Shown here piece after piece: positions 63,276 to 64,000 of a stretch of DNA of 64,000 bases. Position numbers and translations under genes: made by a program. Positions within the stretch are counted from its first letter, which is position 1. Every line of letters starts with the position of its first letter. Under the pieces are notes generated by a model. That model had not been told where the DNA came from. It saw only the letters and a program-made list of their open reading frames with translations, and made no database searches. Source of the DNA: Cyanophora paradoxa CCMP329 (lineage: Eukaryota; Plantae; Glaucophyta); the NCBI GenBank assembly GCA_004431415.1, contig QPMI01000227.1:1-64000 (forward strand), read 5' to 3'.

Positions 63276-64000
63276 ATGCGGCGTAGCGTCTCGCCAACGC
63301 TGGGTCCCTCGGCATCCGCGCCGTCGCTGCTCGGTGGCCACAGCATTTACAGCCCTTTTCGCAGGTTCGCCTGTTTCTACGGGAGCTCACCTAAGCTCGA
63401 GCTCAACACCCGCGCGCAGCACTTCCAGACGATTTCCTGAGGACCAGGGAAGCTCGAGCTCGTTAAGGACGGGGCAGCCTGGGAGAGCAGCCAGCTCATT
63501 GCGCGCCGCGGCAGACACTCCTGGCCCGGGGGCCTACTCGTGTCCTCCGCTCGTCGCGGTTCCCCAGAGGAAACCGAAGCCACGAGCACGCAGGGACAAC
63601 GGTTCGAAGCTGGCGGGAACGTTAACATTAGAAAGGTTGGTGATCGTTGACTAACATCTACATAAACTGATTTCTTAAAACGTAAAATTTTAACGCTAAC
63701 ATTAACCGTCATGATCAAGTGCATCGACGCTGACCCAGGCATAGGCGGGAGGCTCTCCTTTCGAAAGATAGGTTTCAGCTCGACTCGTACGAGTATAAGG
63801 GGCTGCAGATGCTTCGCAAAGCGGGGGTGCGCTTCCTGAAAATAAAACAAGTGTGTCATCCCCGCTCAGGCGCCCGTCCGTCGCCCTGCAGGAAATGGAC
63901 TCGAATTCTTTTACGACGGAGGAGGTTCGCATGACTGTGGGCGAGACGATGCGAGGTGTGGCGCGCCGGCGCCGTCGCCCGGCCCCGGGCTCTATATGCC
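63276..64000 (+). CDS. 5' part of an unknown gene with a PGPGAY (SHIPPO/ODF3-like) motif
   Basis: ATG 63276 divergent from the TPR gene, GT-AG introns, ADTPGPGAY; runs off the window. Confidence 0.35.

Overview
Eukaryotic nuclear DNA, not prokaryotic: about 26 intron-rich genes, gene-dense and mostly in head-to-head pairs. The supplied ORF track is largely uninformative because genes are cut by very short (~48-65 nt) introns, so gene models were rebuilt by hand from conserved protein motifs. Genes include FabG, organellar gyrase A (23 introns), adrenodoxin reductase, sigma-class GST, a Kex1-like S10 carboxypeptidase with an N-terminal pseudo-peptidase domain, PELP1/Rix1, a MEF2-type MADS factor, IFT54, a Trf4-like poly(A) polymerase, GILT, SMG7/EST1, EFCAB9, ELAV, an ARID protein, histone H2B, SmF, a Tctex light chain, Mago nashi, a CAP protein, SKIP/Prp45, UBL5/Hub1 and two TPR proteins. 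Cyanobacterial-type organellar genes plus cilia genes and EFCAB9 suggest a flagellated alga, for example a glaucophyte such as Cyanophora (inference, unverified). The most unusual signals are architectural. (1) About 40% of introns in the gyrA gene body use degenerate GC donors, and some introns contain only two adenines. (2) These gene bodies alternate between G-rich and C-rich blocks at roughly nucleosome scale, which dictates synonymous codons. (3) Four splicing/EJC genes cluster in 7.5 kb. (4) Intergenic DNA is built from concatenated palindromes, a recurrent TGCCGCAGTGC motif and gene fragments copied from nearby loci.
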